DNA of 64,000 nucleotides from positions 816,064 through 880,063 of the forward strand of contig JAKITS010000001.1 of assembly GCA_021648085.1 (NCBI GenBank), read 5' to 3'. This DNA is from Candidatus Magasanikiibacteriota bacterium (GTDB lineage: Bacteria; Patescibacteriota; Patescibacteriia; Magasanikbacterales; UBA922). The notes below the pieces were generated by a model. The model saw nothing but the letters and a program-made list of their open reading frames with translations, made no database searches and was not told the DNA's origin. Positions 28,967-38,778 of this stretch are shown one piece after another; the stretch's first letter is position 1; each line of letters begins with the position of its first letter. A program made the position numbers and the translations under genes.

Positions 28967-29962
28967 TTACCAATCTAAACTTCCTGCGTTTTGGTATTCT
29001 GTCACTCTTGTTTCAAAGAAATTTTTTTCTTTTTTTAGGTCAATAATTTCACTCATCCACGGAAATGGATTTTGGTCATTATAAACTTTTGGTAAATTTA
29101 TTCGCTCCAATCTTCGGTCTGCAATGTGGCGAACATATTCTTTGATAATTTCTGGTTGTAATCCTAAAATTCCTCTTGGTAGGCAATCGTCAACATAAGC
29201 TTCTTCTAATTTTACAGCTTCTTGAATTGTATTTGAAACAGAATTTTTAAACGCTTCTGTCCAAATTTCTGGATTTTCAGAAATAATTGTATTTATCAAA
29301 TCCACTCCAAAAGCTAAATGTACAGATTCATCTCGCAAAATATATTGAAACTGCTCACCAACACCAACCATTTTGTTTTGGCGAAGTAGGGAAAGCATCA
29401 TCGCAAAACCAGCGTAAAAGAAAATTCCTTCCATTACAACATAATATCCAATCAAATCGTATACAAATTTTTGCATATTTTCCGTTGTGTTTGTCTCAAA
29501 ATTTGGATCAAAGATCGATGTTGTAATATTTACCACAAAATCATCTTTGGCTTTTATACTTGGAACAGTGATGTACATATTGTAAATTTCTTCTGGATCT
29601 AATCCCAAAGAATCACAACAATATATAAAAGTATCGGTGTGAACGGCTTCCTCGTATGCTTGGCGAAGTAGATATTGACGACATTCTGGATTTGTGACAT
29701 GTCTGTAAACTGCCAAAACGATATTATTTGCAGTCAAACTCTCGGCGGTAGAGAAAAATCCCAAATTCCACATTATCATTCTACGCTCTTCCTTGCTAAG
29801 TCCACCTTGTTTTTTCCAAAGCTCTACATCTTGTTGCATTGGTACCTCTTCTGGAACCCAATTGTTTGCAACACCAGCTTTGTAATGAACTCTTGCCCAA
29901 GGATATTGAAAGGGCAGTATTTTATTTGGATCGGTCGTTGAATTGTTTAATATACTTTTCAT
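28967..29962 (-). CDS. nrdB: ribonucleotide reductase class Ia beta subunit
   Basis: 331 aa; di-iron ligand motifs (EEAVHTDTF, ...EGIFFYAGFA...RDESVHLAFG) and radical tyrosine region. Confidence 0.9.
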   Translation of the reverse strand: MKSILNNSTTDPNKILPFQYPWARVHYKAGVANNWVPEEVPMQQDVELWKKQGGLSKEERRMIMWNLGFFSTAESLTANNIVLAVYRHVTNPECRQYLLRQAYEEAVHTDTFIYCCDSLGLDPEEIYNMYITVPSIKAKDDFVVNITTSIFDPNFETNTTENMQKFVYDLIGYYVVMEGIFFYAGFAMMLSLLRQNKMVGVGEQFQYILRDESVHLAFGVDLINTIISENPEIWTEAFKNSVSNTIQEAVKLEEAYVDDCLPRGILGLQPEIIKEYVRHIADRRLERINLPKVYNDQNPFPWMSEIIDLKKEKNFFETRVTEYQNAGSLDW

Positions 29963-29977
29963 ATTTTTTTATTTAAA

Positions 29978-30108
29978 CACATCATTCTAAACGAAATTGA
30001 AAGATCTCAAAAAAACTTAGAAGAAATACGAATATTTATAATTTTGGTTATATTATTTCGAGATATTTCGACTTCACTTTGTTTTGCTCAATATGATGTG
30101 TGTATTTT
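29978..30108. repeat. degenerate MITE-like copy in nrdA-nrdB intergenic spacer
   Basis: cacatcattctaaacgaaattgaaagatctcaa ... tcgagatatttcgacttcactttgttttgctcaatatgatgtg. Confidence 0.75.
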
Positions 30109-30157
30109 TTGTTTATCTTTTCCAATACTTAGTCTGCCCAATCGTTAGCGTGTTATT

Positions 30158-32917
30158 TTATTGGCATGATTCACATTCCGGATCTTCAATTCTACACAAT
30201 TGTGGCTCTGGAACTGTTGATTCAGTAGGTTTTGGTGTTGTTTCTATTTCTGATTTTGTTAAATCTTGTTTTTTGATATCAAGTGTACTTTTTTCAACAT
30301 GAGTTGCTGCGAGGGAACGCAGATAATAAGTAGTTTTCAACCCCATTTCCCAAGCAAATTGATATGTATCGGATATTTTTTTACCAGAAGTTCCTTTGAT
30401 AAAAATATTCATAGATTGACTTTGGTCTATCCATTTCCCGCGGTGAGCGGCTACTTTTATAAGCCAACTAGAATCAATCTCAAAAACTTCTTTGTATTTT
30501 GCACGAATTTCTTTTGGAATTGCATCTATATTTGAGATATTTCCATCATATCTTTTCAATTCATTTAGCATTTCACTATTCCACAAATTTAGTTTTTTCA
30601 ATTCATCTATCAAATACGAATTCACAATTGTAAACTCGCCACTCATATTTGACTTTACATAAATATTTTTGTAAATAGGTTCAATTGTTGGAGAACATCC
30701 TGCAATATTTGAAATTGTTGCAGTTGGCGCGACTGCCATACAATTTGAATTCCGCATTCCGTTTTCTTTTATCAATTCACGCACTTTATTCCAATCCAAT
30801 TTTGAATCTCTGTTTACATTTATTTTTTCACCACGCTCTTCTTCTAAAAGTGTAATTGTATCAATCGGCATAATTCCTCTATCCCATTTTGAACCACGGA
30901 AAGTAGGGTAAGCTCCTTTTTCTTTTGCCAAAGTTGTTGAGGTAGAAATTGCAAAATATGAGATAAGTTCCATACTTTCATCTGCAAATTTTATATTTTC
31001 TTCGGAATCAAATGAAATATTTAAGTTATAAAGTGCATATTGATAACCCATTACACCCAAACCAATTGGTCTGTGTTTTTTATTTGAATTTTCTCCTTCA
31101 ATTGTTGGGTAAAAGTTTAAATCTATTACATTATCTAGCATTCTCATTGCAGTTTTTACAGTTTTTTCCAAGAGAACTTTGTCTAAAAATCCATTTTCAG
31201 TATGACGTGCCAAATTTACTGAACCTAAATTACAAACTGCAGTTTCATCTTTAGATGTGTTAAGTGTAATTTCTGTACACAAGTTTGATGAGTGAATTAC
31301 ACCAACATGATCTTGCGGAGAACGAACATTGCAAGGATCTTTGAAAGTAATCCAAGGGTGTCCAGTCTCAAAAAGCATTGAAATCATTTTTTTCCACAAA
31401 TCAGACGCTTTCATTGTTTTGAATAGTTTTATTTCACCATTTTTTGCTTTTTGTTCATATTTTCCATAAATTTCTTCGAACTCTTTTCCATAAATTTCAT
31501 GTAATTCTGGAGTTTCGTCTGGTGAAAAAAGTGTCCATTCCATACTGCCCCTTACTCTTTTCATAAATAAATCTGGAATCCAGCTGGCAGTATTCATATC
31601 GTGAGTTCTGCGTCTTTCGTCTCCAGTATTTTTGCGAAGTTCTAGAAAATCCTCAAAATCAATGTGCCAAGCTTCCAAATAAGCACAAGTTGCACCGCGT
31701 CTGCGACCACTTCTATTTATTGCAACTGTTGTGTCGTTTGCAATTTTCAAAAATGGCACTACACCTTGGCTTTCTACGCCAGTTCCGCGGATAAGAGCAC
31801 CCATTCCACGCAGACTTGTCCAGTCGTTTCCAATTCCGCCAGACCATTTGGACATTTGAGCGTTATCAGAGATTGATTTGAAAATATGACTTAAAGAATC
31901 TTCAACTTTTGTAATATAACAAGAGCTAAGTTGTGGGTGAGTTGTGCCAGCGTGAAAAAGAGTGGGAGTAGATGGTACAAAAAGCAGTTGAGACATTATA
32001 TTGTAAAATTCAACAGCTTTTTCATTGTAATTAGTTTCGCTCAAAGCTAGCCCCATTGCCACACGCATCCAAAACATTTGCGGTGTTTCCAAAACTTCTT
32101 TTGTTTCCGGATTTCGCAAAAAATATCTATCGTATAAAGTTTGCATCCCTAGATATTCAATATTTTTATCACGAGATAAATCAATTTGTGAGCTCAAAAA
32201 GCCAAAATCAAATAATAGTAGTTTTGCATTTAATCTTTCTATTTCTACACCTTTTTTAATTTTTTCTTTGAAAGTTTTTGTATGAACATCTTTCAAATTA
32301 TTAAAATCAAAGTTATCTTCCAAAACTTCTTTGTAAACATCTTTCAACAACATTGTTGAAGCCAATTTTGAATACGCTGGATCTCTTTCTATATAAGAGC
32401 GTGCGCACAGAATAAGAGCTTTTGAAATTTCAGAAGTAGGTATGTTTTCATAAATTTCTGATCTACATTGATGAGCTATTCCGTCCACATCTATTAAATT
32501 TTTATCTTCTGCACAGATTTCTATATATTTTTTCAATTTTTCTATTGAAAAAGCTTGTTTTTCGCCACTTTTTTTTGTGACCATCAAGCTATCTGTTTCT
32601 ATTTTTTTTATTACTTCTTCTTTTTCAATTTTTCTATTTTTTGCATGTTCGTACCTATATATAATGTATGATTTTGCAACTGTATAGAAATTATTTTCCA
32701 TTAAAACTTGCTCAACAATATTTTGAACTTGCTCTACAGTCGGCGTGCCTTCTATTTGTTGTAAATTTTGAATTGTAGTTTCAGTTATTTTTTTCAAAAT
32801 TTCTGTGCCAAAAGAAACACGAGAAGCATTGAAAGCTTTGTAAACTGCGCTGTGAATTTTTTCAGGATTAAATTCTTGCATAGATCCGTCGCGCTTTTTT
32901 ATGAGTGGGATATTCAT
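30158..32917 (-). CDS. nrdA: ribonucleotide reductase class Ia alpha subunit with ATP-cone
   Basis: 919 aa; N-terminal ATP-cone (KRDGSMQEFNPEKIHSAV), catalytic motifs (NLCTEI, active-site Cys), C-terminal Cys pair CRIEDPECESCQ. Confidence 0.95.
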   Translation of the reverse strand: MNIPLIKKRDGSMQEFNPEKIHSAVYKAFNASRVSFGTEILKKITETTIQNLQQIEGTPTVEQVQNIVEQVLMENNFYTVAKSYIIYRYEHAKNRKIEKEEVIKKIETDSLMVTKKSGEKQAFSIEKLKKYIEICAEDKNLIDVDGIAHQCRSEIYENIPTSEISKALILCARSYIERDPAYSKLASTMLLKDVYKEVLEDNFDFNNLKDVHTKTFKEKIKKGVEIERLNAKLLLFDFGFLSSQIDLSRDKNIEYLGMQTLYDRYFLRNPETKEVLETPQMFWMRVAMGLALSETNYNEKAVEFYNIMSQLLFVPSTPTLFHAGTTHPQLSSCYITKVEDSLSHIFKSISDNAQMSKWSGGIGNDWTSLRGMGALIRGTGVESQGVVPFLKIANDTTVAINRSGRRRGATCAYLEAWHIDFEDFLELRKNTGDERRRTHDMNTASWIPDLFMKRVRGSMEWTLFSPDETPELHEIYGKEFEEIYGKYEQKAKNGEIKLFKTMKASDLWKKMISMLFETGHPWITFKDPCNVRSPQDHVGVIHSSNLCTEITLNTSKDETAVCNLGSVNLARHTENGFLDKVLLEKTVKTAMRMLDNVIDLNFYPTIEGENSNKKHRPIGLGVMGYQYALYNLNISFDSEENIKFADESMELISYFAISTSTTLAKEKGAYPTFRGSKWDRGIMPIDTITLLEEERGEKINVNRDSKLDWNKVRELIKENGMRNSNCMAVAPTATISNIAGCSPTIEPIYKNIYVKSNMSGEFTIVNSYLIDELKKLNLWNSEMLNELKRYDGNISNIDAIPKEIRAKYKEVFEIDSSWLIKVAAHRGKWIDQSQSMNIFIKGTSGKKISDTYQFAWEMGLKTTYYLRSLAATHVEKSTLDIKKQDLTKSEIETTPKPTESTVPEPQLCRIEDPECESCQ

Positions 32918-33211
32918 AATTTTTTGTTAGTAGACCTATTTCAAAATAAGATTTTGAAATAGGTCTGTTTTATAAATAAAGAACAAAGTAGAAGTTTTTA
33001 GACAATATCTTTGAAGAAGATAAAACACTATATATAGTGTCTATTATTTATTTAACATACTAGATATTGTATTTTGCTGTAAAATTATTATATCACATTT
33101 CAAAAAAATGTTATCCACAACATGTTGATAATGTTTTTTGAAATTGACATACGCTTAATGATATTGCTATAAATAAACCGCTATAAACTCATTAAAAAAT
33201 GGAGGTAATAG

Positions 33212-33913
33212 ATGAATCAAGCATTACTTGCAATTTTCACACCAATAATTGCAGCGATCACAGGTCTTTTTAAAATAATTTCTTCTGTTGGAGAAGGTGA
33301 GCGAGGAATAGTTCTTCGTTTTGGTAAGGCAAGATGCGATGAAAAAGGAAATCCAAGAATTTTTGAACCAGGTATCGTTTGGTTGCTGCCTTTTGCAGAC
33401 ACAATTCACATACGACACATAAAACAGCAAACTATTCATTTCAAAGGTCAGCGAATTATATTGAAAAACCAGCTATCTTTTTATGTAAGTGCTGTTGTAA
33501 TTTTTAGAATAAACGAAGTTTACAAAGCTCTTTTTGAAATTGAAAATGTAGATGCTTCTATTGAGGATCTTTGTATGGGAATTTTGCGGGATGTACTCTC
33601 TAAGCGAGATCACAAGACTATTTCTGAGACGAAAAAAATAGCAGACGAACTTTTAAAAGAAGTAAAATCTAGAGCAGAAGAATGGGGTGTTGAGTTTATT
33701 CAGTTTAACCTCACAAATTGTGATCCAACTCCAGAAACTGCAAATGTAATTATTTTGGAAACAGGCACAAGGATAAGGTTGGACGCTTTGAAAAAGTTTA
33801 CAAAAGAATCCAAAGAAGTTTTAGAAGGTTTAAATCCAAATTTGGCTGCAGTTTTGATCGGTGCACCGCTAGTTGCAACAGTTTCAAAGTCAGACGAAAA
33901 AAATAAGAGCTAG
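33212..33913 (+). CDS. SPFH/band-7 (prohibitin/HflC-like) domain protein
   Basis: 233 aa; N-terminal TM then GERGIVLRFGK...PGIVWLLPF block typical of SPFH; single perfect DnaA box at 33104-33112 upstream. Confidence 0.6.
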   Translation: MNQALLAIFTPIIAAITGLFKIISSVGEGERGIVLRFGKARCDEKGNPRIFEPGIVWLLPFADTIHIRHIKQQTIHFKGQRIILKNQLSFYVSAVVIFRINEVYKALFEIENVDASIEDLCMGILRDVLSKRDHKTISETKKIADELLKEVKSRAEEWGVEFIQFNLTNCDPTPETANVIILETGTRIRLDALKKFTKESKEVLEGLNPNLAAVLIGAPLVATVSKSDEKNKS

Positions 33914-33933
33914 GTAATCCTAGCTCTTTTTAT
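33906..33933. terminator. bidirectional terminator (agagctaggtaatcctagctct); near-copy at 34777-34806
   Basis: perfect hairpins with T/A runs between SPFH gene (+) and Fic-like gene (-); second copy after the 34461-34775 gene. Confidence 0.75.
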
Positions 33934-33935
33934 AT

Positions 33936-34376
33936 CTATTCTTTTTTTGGTGGGAAATGGTGAGGCCACTCCCCAGTATCTCTTTTTACCGCCATTCGCC
34001 AAATGAGATCAGCAACTCTTCCGTTGCCGTCGCAAAAAGGCCATGCGAGCCTAAATTCATTAAAAAGTTCTTCTGGCTTAATCATTGTTAAAAACATCCA
34101 ACAAAAATGTTGGTAAGCTCTTTTTGTGCTAAATTCCGCGCCTTTTGGCTTACGAAAAATTTGTCTATTTTCTTCTGGCTCTATAAGTTTAGCCAGTCTT
34201 ATAATAAAATTTTCTATTTCTCTATTTTTTTCTTTATATCGAGAAGTAGAAAATTTAAACTGCTTTGCTATTCTATAAGCTTTTGTAAAATTTTCTATTT
34301 GATGCAATTCAATAGCACCTCTTTTGGCGCAGCACACCCCAATAATAGCAATATCTTTGTTACTTAGTGCACCCAT
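33936..34376 (-). CDS. Fic/Doc-family-like protein with degenerate active-site motif (WPFCDGNGR instead of HPFx[DE]GNGR)
   Basis: 146 aa; C-terminal LAWPFCDGNGRVADLIWRM matches Fic core but catalytic His is Trp (TGG codon confirmed on DNA). Confidence 0.5.
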   Translation of the reverse strand: MGALSNKDIAIIGVCCAKRGAIELHQIENFTKAYRIAKQFKFSTSRYKEKNREIENFIIRLAKLIEPEENRQIFRKPKGAEFSTKRAYQHFCWMFLTMIKPEELFNEFRLAWPFCDGNGRVADLIWRMAVKRDTGEWPHHFPPKKE

Positions 34377-34460
34377 TTTTCCTCCTTAGGTTTAAGTTAT
34401 TTTTAAAGATTATAATATAATAACCAATTTTATAGATTCTGTCAAGTTTATTGACAGAAA

Positions 34461-34775
34461 ATGGTTTTTGTGTTATTATTTTTTTATTGTTCATTTCAAA
34501 AGGAGGACGAAGGTATGTCTGGTTGTAAAGAATTTGCTTTTAATTTTAATGGAAAACAAGAAGAACGAGTTGGTTTTTCTTCGGAGGACTCTGTTGAGCT
34601 AAAAGAAGGAGAAATATTGCAAAAAGGTGATTTTAGGTTTAGTACAGCCTTTGGTTGGGTTTTGATTGAAGTAAACTTAATTGGGACAGAAGTCCCAAAA
34701 AAACCAAGATATTGGATTAAAGCAAAAAAAAGAGGGACGGGGTATCTTCGTCCAAAGAAAAATGTTCAAAAATAG
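34461..34775 (+). CDS. hypothetical small protein
   Basis: likely start at MSGCKEF (34515) after AAAGGAGG RBS; promoter TTGACA-17-TATTAT at 34452-34480; terminator 34777-34806. Confidence 0.4.
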   Translation: MVFVLLFFYCSFQKEDEGMSGCKEFAFNFNGKQEERVGFSSEDSVELKEGEILQKGDFRFSTAFGWVLIEVNLIGTEVPKKPRYWIKAKKRGTGYLRPKKNVQK

Positions 34776-34846
34776 TAAAAAGCTAGGTAATATACCTAGC
34801 TTTTTTATTTGTATCTTCTATTTTTTTAAAGTATAATATAAATTGT

Positions 34847-35887
34847 ATGGAAGATAAATTTGACGCAATAAATATATCAGACGAACGGCTAGTTTCGGCT
34901 GAGCATTCGGAAGATGAAGAAGAGGAGAGAATAGAGGTAAATTTACGACCGTCTAGTCTTTTTGACTTTGTAGGGCAGGACAACATCAAAAAACAGCTTC
35001 ATATTTCTATGGAGGCTGCCAAGCAAAGAGATGAGCCAATTGAACATGTTTTACTTTATGGAAATCCTGGATTGGGTAAAACCACACTTGCTCACATTAT
35101 TTCGAATGAAATGAACTCAAACATAAAGTTGACGGCTGGCCCAGCGTTAGAGAGAGTTGGGGATTTGGCTGCAATTTTATCAAATTTGGAGCGTGGAGAT
35201 GTTTTGTTTATAGACGAAATTCACAGAATGAATAAGACTATTGAGGAGGTTCTTTATAGCGCTATGGAAGATTATGCACTGGATATTATTGTAGGAAAAG
35301 GTCCAGCAGCGAGAACACTGCGAATGCCGTTAGAGAGGTTTACAATAATTGGTGCAACTACAAAAATGAATTTACTTTCCGGACCGCTTCGCGATAGGTT
35401 TGGACATGTTTTTCATTTAAATTTTTACGAACACAAAGATATAGATAAAATTATAAACAGAAATGCAGAAATTTTAGATGTAACAATGGAACCTGGGATA
35501 AGTATGAAAATTTCAGAGAGATCTCGTAGAACACCTCGTGTTGCAAACAGACTTTTGAAGAGGGTTCGTGATTATGCACAAGTAAAAAATGATGGAAATA
35601 TAGACGAAACAGTAATAAGGTCTGCTTTTGAAATGCTTGGTGTAGACAACTACGGGCTAGATGAAGTAGATAGAAAAATATTGTCTGCAATTATAGAAAA
35701 ATTCAAAGGCGGACCTGTTGGTTTGGGAACCTTGGCAGCATCTGTTGCAGAAGATATAGAAACAATGGAGACAATTTATGAGCCATATTTATTGCAAATA
35801 GGCATGTTAGACAGGACACCGAGAGGTAGAACAGCGACACATATTGCAAAAAAACATATTGGAAATACAGATCCAACACTTTTTTAG
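34847..35887 (+). CDS. ruvB: Holliday junction branch migration helicase RuvB
   Basis: 346 aa; Walker A GNPGLGKTTLA, Walker B LFIDEIHRM, sensor and arginine fingers, winged-helix C-term. Confidence 0.95.
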   Translation: MEDKFDAINISDERLVSAEHSEDEEEERIEVNLRPSSLFDFVGQDNIKKQLHISMEAAKQRDEPIEHVLLYGNPGLGKTTLAHIISNEMNSNIKLTAGPALERVGDLAAILSNLERGDVLFIDEIHRMNKTIEEVLYSAMEDYALDIIVGKGPAARTLRMPLERFTIIGATTKMNLLSGPLRDRFGHVFHLNFYEHKDIDKIINRNAEILDVTMEPGISMKISERSRRTPRVANRLLKRVRDYAQVKNDGNIDETVIRSAFEMLGVDNYGLDEVDRKILSAIIEKFKGGPVGLGTLAASVAEDIETMETIYEPYLLQIGMLDRTPRGRTATHIAKKHIGNTDPTLF

Positions 35888-35915
35888 TAAAACTTAGCTA
35901 GTAAATTTTTAAACT

Positions 35916-36170
35916 ATGATAATTGTTCCACTTTATTTTGCACTTTTTGCCTATCTGTTATTTTTAGTGGGTTTTGTCGTGCTCTTTTTATTAAATGTTT
36001 ATCATATTGTAAGTACTGGAACTTTTTCATTTTGGTCTTTGGCTGTAACATTTTTTACACTTATTTCTATTACTCTAGTTTTGTATCTTACTTGGTTTTT
36101 ACTTCAAGATGTAAATTGGCAAGCACCAATAATTGAGTTTGGAGCAAATTTTTTTAACTTTGAAAAATAA
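35916..36170 (+). CDS. hypothetical small membrane protein (3 TM)
   Basis: 84 aa, almost entirely hydrophobic helices. Confidence 0.4.
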   Translation: MIIVPLYFALFAYLLFLVGFVVLFLLNVYHIVSTGTFSFWSLAVTFFTLISITLVLYLTWFLLQDVNWQAPIIEFGANFFNFEK

Positions 36171-36738
36171 TATGCATATCGCATTTCTAATAAATAAAAA
36201 ACCCAATGAAAAGATTTTATATGTCCTGAAAAGGCATAGTATAACTTTTGTTCCTTTTTTATTTCTATTTTTGATTTTGGTAATTTTGCCAGTTGCGGTT
36301 TATCTTTTGTTTTTAAACTTAGAGCCAAATGTTTTGACTGGTGATATTTTATATCCGTTATTAGTTCTTCTTGGGAGTATTTATTATTTGGGTATCTTCC
36401 TATTTTTCTATAGTAATTTTACAGATTTTTATCTTGATGTTTGGATAATTACAGATGATAGAATTATAGATATAGAACAACATGGACTTCTTGCTCGTAG
36501 TACTTCTGAAACAGAATTACACAGAATTCAAGATGTGACAGACGAGGTAAAAGGAATTTTTCCAACACTTTTTAAATATGGAAATGTAATAGTAAAAACT
36601 GCATCAGACACACAGGACATTGTTTTTAGAAATGTTCCATTTCCTGGTAAAATTCGTGGAGAACTTATCAAACTTGCACGACAAGATAGAAGAAATCACT
36701 TAATGCATAAATCAGAACTTGAAAATAAGGAAAAATAA
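36133..36738 (+). CDS. membrane-anchored bacterial PH-domain (DUF304/YdbT-like) protein
   Basis: two TM helices then ...WIITDDRIIDIEQHGLL...GNVIVKTASDTQDIVFRNVPFP... resembling bPH_2; probable true start ATG at 36172. Confidence 0.45.
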   Translation: MSLEQIFLTLKNNMHIAFLINKKPNEKILYVLKRHSITFVPFLFLFLILVILPVAVYLLFLNLEPNVLTGDILYPLLVLLGSIYYLGIFLFFYSNFTDFYLDVWIITDDRIIDIEQHGLLARSTSETELHRIQDVTDEVKGIFPTLFKYGNVIVKTASDTQDIVFRNVPFPGKIRGELIKLARQDRRNHLMHKSELENKEK

Positions 36739-36740
36739 AT

Positions 36741-37043
36741 ATGGATTTTTTTGTAAAGTGGTTTTTGGACCACACACTTTTGGCGCAAATCTCAATAATT
36801 TATTTGGTAATTATAAATATTGCTACATTTTTTTATTTTGGATTAGACAAAATAAAAGCGAGCTTGGCTCAAAGGCGAATTAGTGAAAAAAAACTTTGGA
36901 CACTTTCGTTAATTGGTGGATCTTTGGGTGGACTTTTGGGAATGTATTTTTTTCGTCATAAAACAAAAAAACTTTCTTTTCAGGTAGTAATAGGAATAAT
37001 TTTAGCAACTCAAGTTTGGTTGGTTGTTTGGTTTTTGAGGTAA
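36741..37043 (+). CDS. DUF1294-family membrane protein
   Basis: 100 aa; YFGLDKIKA...RRISEKKLWTLSLIGGSLGGLLGMYFFRHKTKK pattern typical of DUF1294. Confidence 0.5.
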   Translation: MDFFVKWFLDHTLLAQISIIYLVIINIATFFYFGLDKIKASLAQRRISEKKLWTLSLIGGSLGGLLGMYFFRHKTKKLSFQVVIGIILATQVWLVVWFLR

Positions 37044-37165
37044 AAAATTTAAATATATTAAAAATTAGCATTTTTTTGCTAATTTTTTAGTTTTATAAAA
37101 ATTGACTTTTGGTTATTTTTATTTTAAATTTAAATAGGATCTTTTTATAGACAAAAGGGGTAAAA

Positions 37166-37648
37166 ATGGAAAAACAGAAAATTTTCTACTGTTTTTTGTG
37201 TCAAAAAAAATCTGAACAAAATACCTTATGCACTTCTTGTAATATCATTAGTAAAGGTTTAGGTATTGTTGTATTATTCACTGTATTTTTTTCTGGATGT
37301 TTTGTTAGTAGTCCGCCATCGTGGTTTGGTGGTGCTGTTAGTATTTGTTTTGTTTTGAGTATAGTTTTTTTGTGGCCTATTTTTTTGATAAGCTTTATAA
37401 AAAATATGACAACAAAAGAGGAATTTAATGAAATTAATGTTGGTAAATTTGCTGAAAAATATAACACATTGTTTAGGACATTTTTTATCGCTGTTATATT
37501 TATTTTATTATTGTTAATTGCGGTATTTTTTGCTCCAAATCCATTTTTTAGTATTTTTGTTGGAACAGTCATGGCAATAGTAGTCTTGTTTGTGGGTAGT
37601 ATTTTTTTATTATTAGCTTTGGCAATCCAACACACAAAAAATATATAA
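37166..37648 (+). CDS. hypothetical membrane protein with N-terminal C4 zinc-ribbon-like motif
   Basis: CFLCQKK...CTSC then 4 TM helices. Confidence 0.4.
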   Translation: MEKQKIFYCFLCQKKSEQNTLCTSCNIISKGLGIVVLFTVFFSGCFVSSPPSWFGGAVSICFVLSIVFLWPIFLISFIKNMTTKEEFNEINVGKFAEKYNTLFRTFFIAVIFILLLLIAVFFAPNPFFSIFVGTVMAIVVLFVGSIFLLLALAIQHTKNI

Positions 37649-37748
37649 TTTATAAATCTTTAAGTTTATGTTTTTTGTATTGACTTTTTGCTATTTTTTT
37701 GTTTATATTTAAATTAGATCTTTTCATATTCAAAAAAAGGAGTCAAAA

Positions 37749-38084
37749 ATGAATAAATATAAAACTATTTTTTGGTTTACATCTTTTTTAGTATTTTTTT
37801 TGGGTTTTTTAATTGTTTTAATTTTGTATTTAAATAACACACAGGAAATAACGAAATATAGTGTAGAAATTAGAAATGAGTGTATGAATGATGACCGTCT
37901 TTTGAAAGTTGAAAGTGAAAAAGTTTTTAAAACAAATACTTTGGCTTGTTGTGGGGTTTGCTCATTGAAATATAAGGTTATCTCTAACGGAAAAGAATGT
38001 ATAGCTTTATATTTAAATAATGAAGAAGATGATTATAAATGGTATGAAAAAATAGAATGTCCTTTTGAAATTTTAGAAAACTAA
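37749..38084 (+). CDS. hypothetical membrane-anchored Cys-rich protein
   Basis: 111 aa; N-terminal TM, six Cys in C-terminal half; hairpin terminator 38087-38115. Confidence 0.4.
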   Translation: MNKYKTIFWFTSFLVFFLGFLIVLILYLNNTQEITKYSVEIRNECMNDDRLLKVESEKVFKTNTLACCGVCSLKYKVISNGKECIALYLNNEEDDYKWYEKIECPFEILEN

Positions 38085-38113
38085 AAAAACCGCCAATTTT
38101 GGCGGTTTTATTT

Positions 38114-38359
38114 TTAGCAATACTTTTCTCTTCTTTTTACTAATTGTTCATATGCAATTTCTGGGCTTATTGTTTTAAAAAATGCATCTTCTGACAGTTT
38201 TTTCAACTGTTCGTCTGTAGCGCAACCTATTAACATATTTATGACACTTTCTAGTAAAATATAGCATGGATTTTTTTCACCATCAAACACGGCTGTCAGC
38301 ATTTTTTTGGCCATAAGGTCTAGAGTGTGTTCTACTAATTTGTCTTTTTCTTTACACAT
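38114..38359 (-). CDS. hypothetical small soluble protein
   Basis: 81 aa, helical, no recognisable family. Confidence 0.35.
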   Translation of the reverse strand: MCKEKDKLVEHTLDLMAKKMLTAVFDGEKNPCYILLESVINMLIGCATDEQLKKLSEDAFFKTISPEIAYEQLVKRREKYC

Positions 38360-38449
38360 TTTTTCTCCTTTTTGTTTGTAAGGATCTGCTTATAATTTAA
38401 CTTTAAAATATAAAAAAGTCAACGAAACACTTGACAAACTCCACCTTTT

Positions 38450-38749
38450 TTGTTAATGTTTATCGAAGTTCTTTTTAAAAATACATTTGGAGGTTATATG
38501 ATTTTGGCGTGTGGTGGTGCTGGTCCTGGTATGAATTCACAAAATATGCTGTTGACAGAAATAGAGATTAGACAAATTGCTAGAAAATATGGCTTTAAAA
38601 AATGGCGAACTGCAGAATTAGGTGTGTTGTGTAATTTTGTACAAAATGAAACAGAGTATTTTAAATATTTTGGTTATTTTGAGGTGAGGTCTGGTATGGA
38701 AGAGTTGGTTAATATTTTATTAAAAAATAAAATAAACTTTACTTTTTAA
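38450..38749 (+). CDS. hypothetical small protein
   Basis: probable start at 38498 (MILACGG) after GGAGG RBS. Confidence 0.35.
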   Translation: MLMFIEVLFKNTFGGYMILACGGAGPGMNSQNMLLTEIEIRQIARKYGFKKWRTAELGVLCNFVQNETEYFKYFGYFEVRSGMEELVNILLKNKINFTF

Positions 38750-38778
38750 ATTAAATCAAAACACAAAAGGAGGGAATC

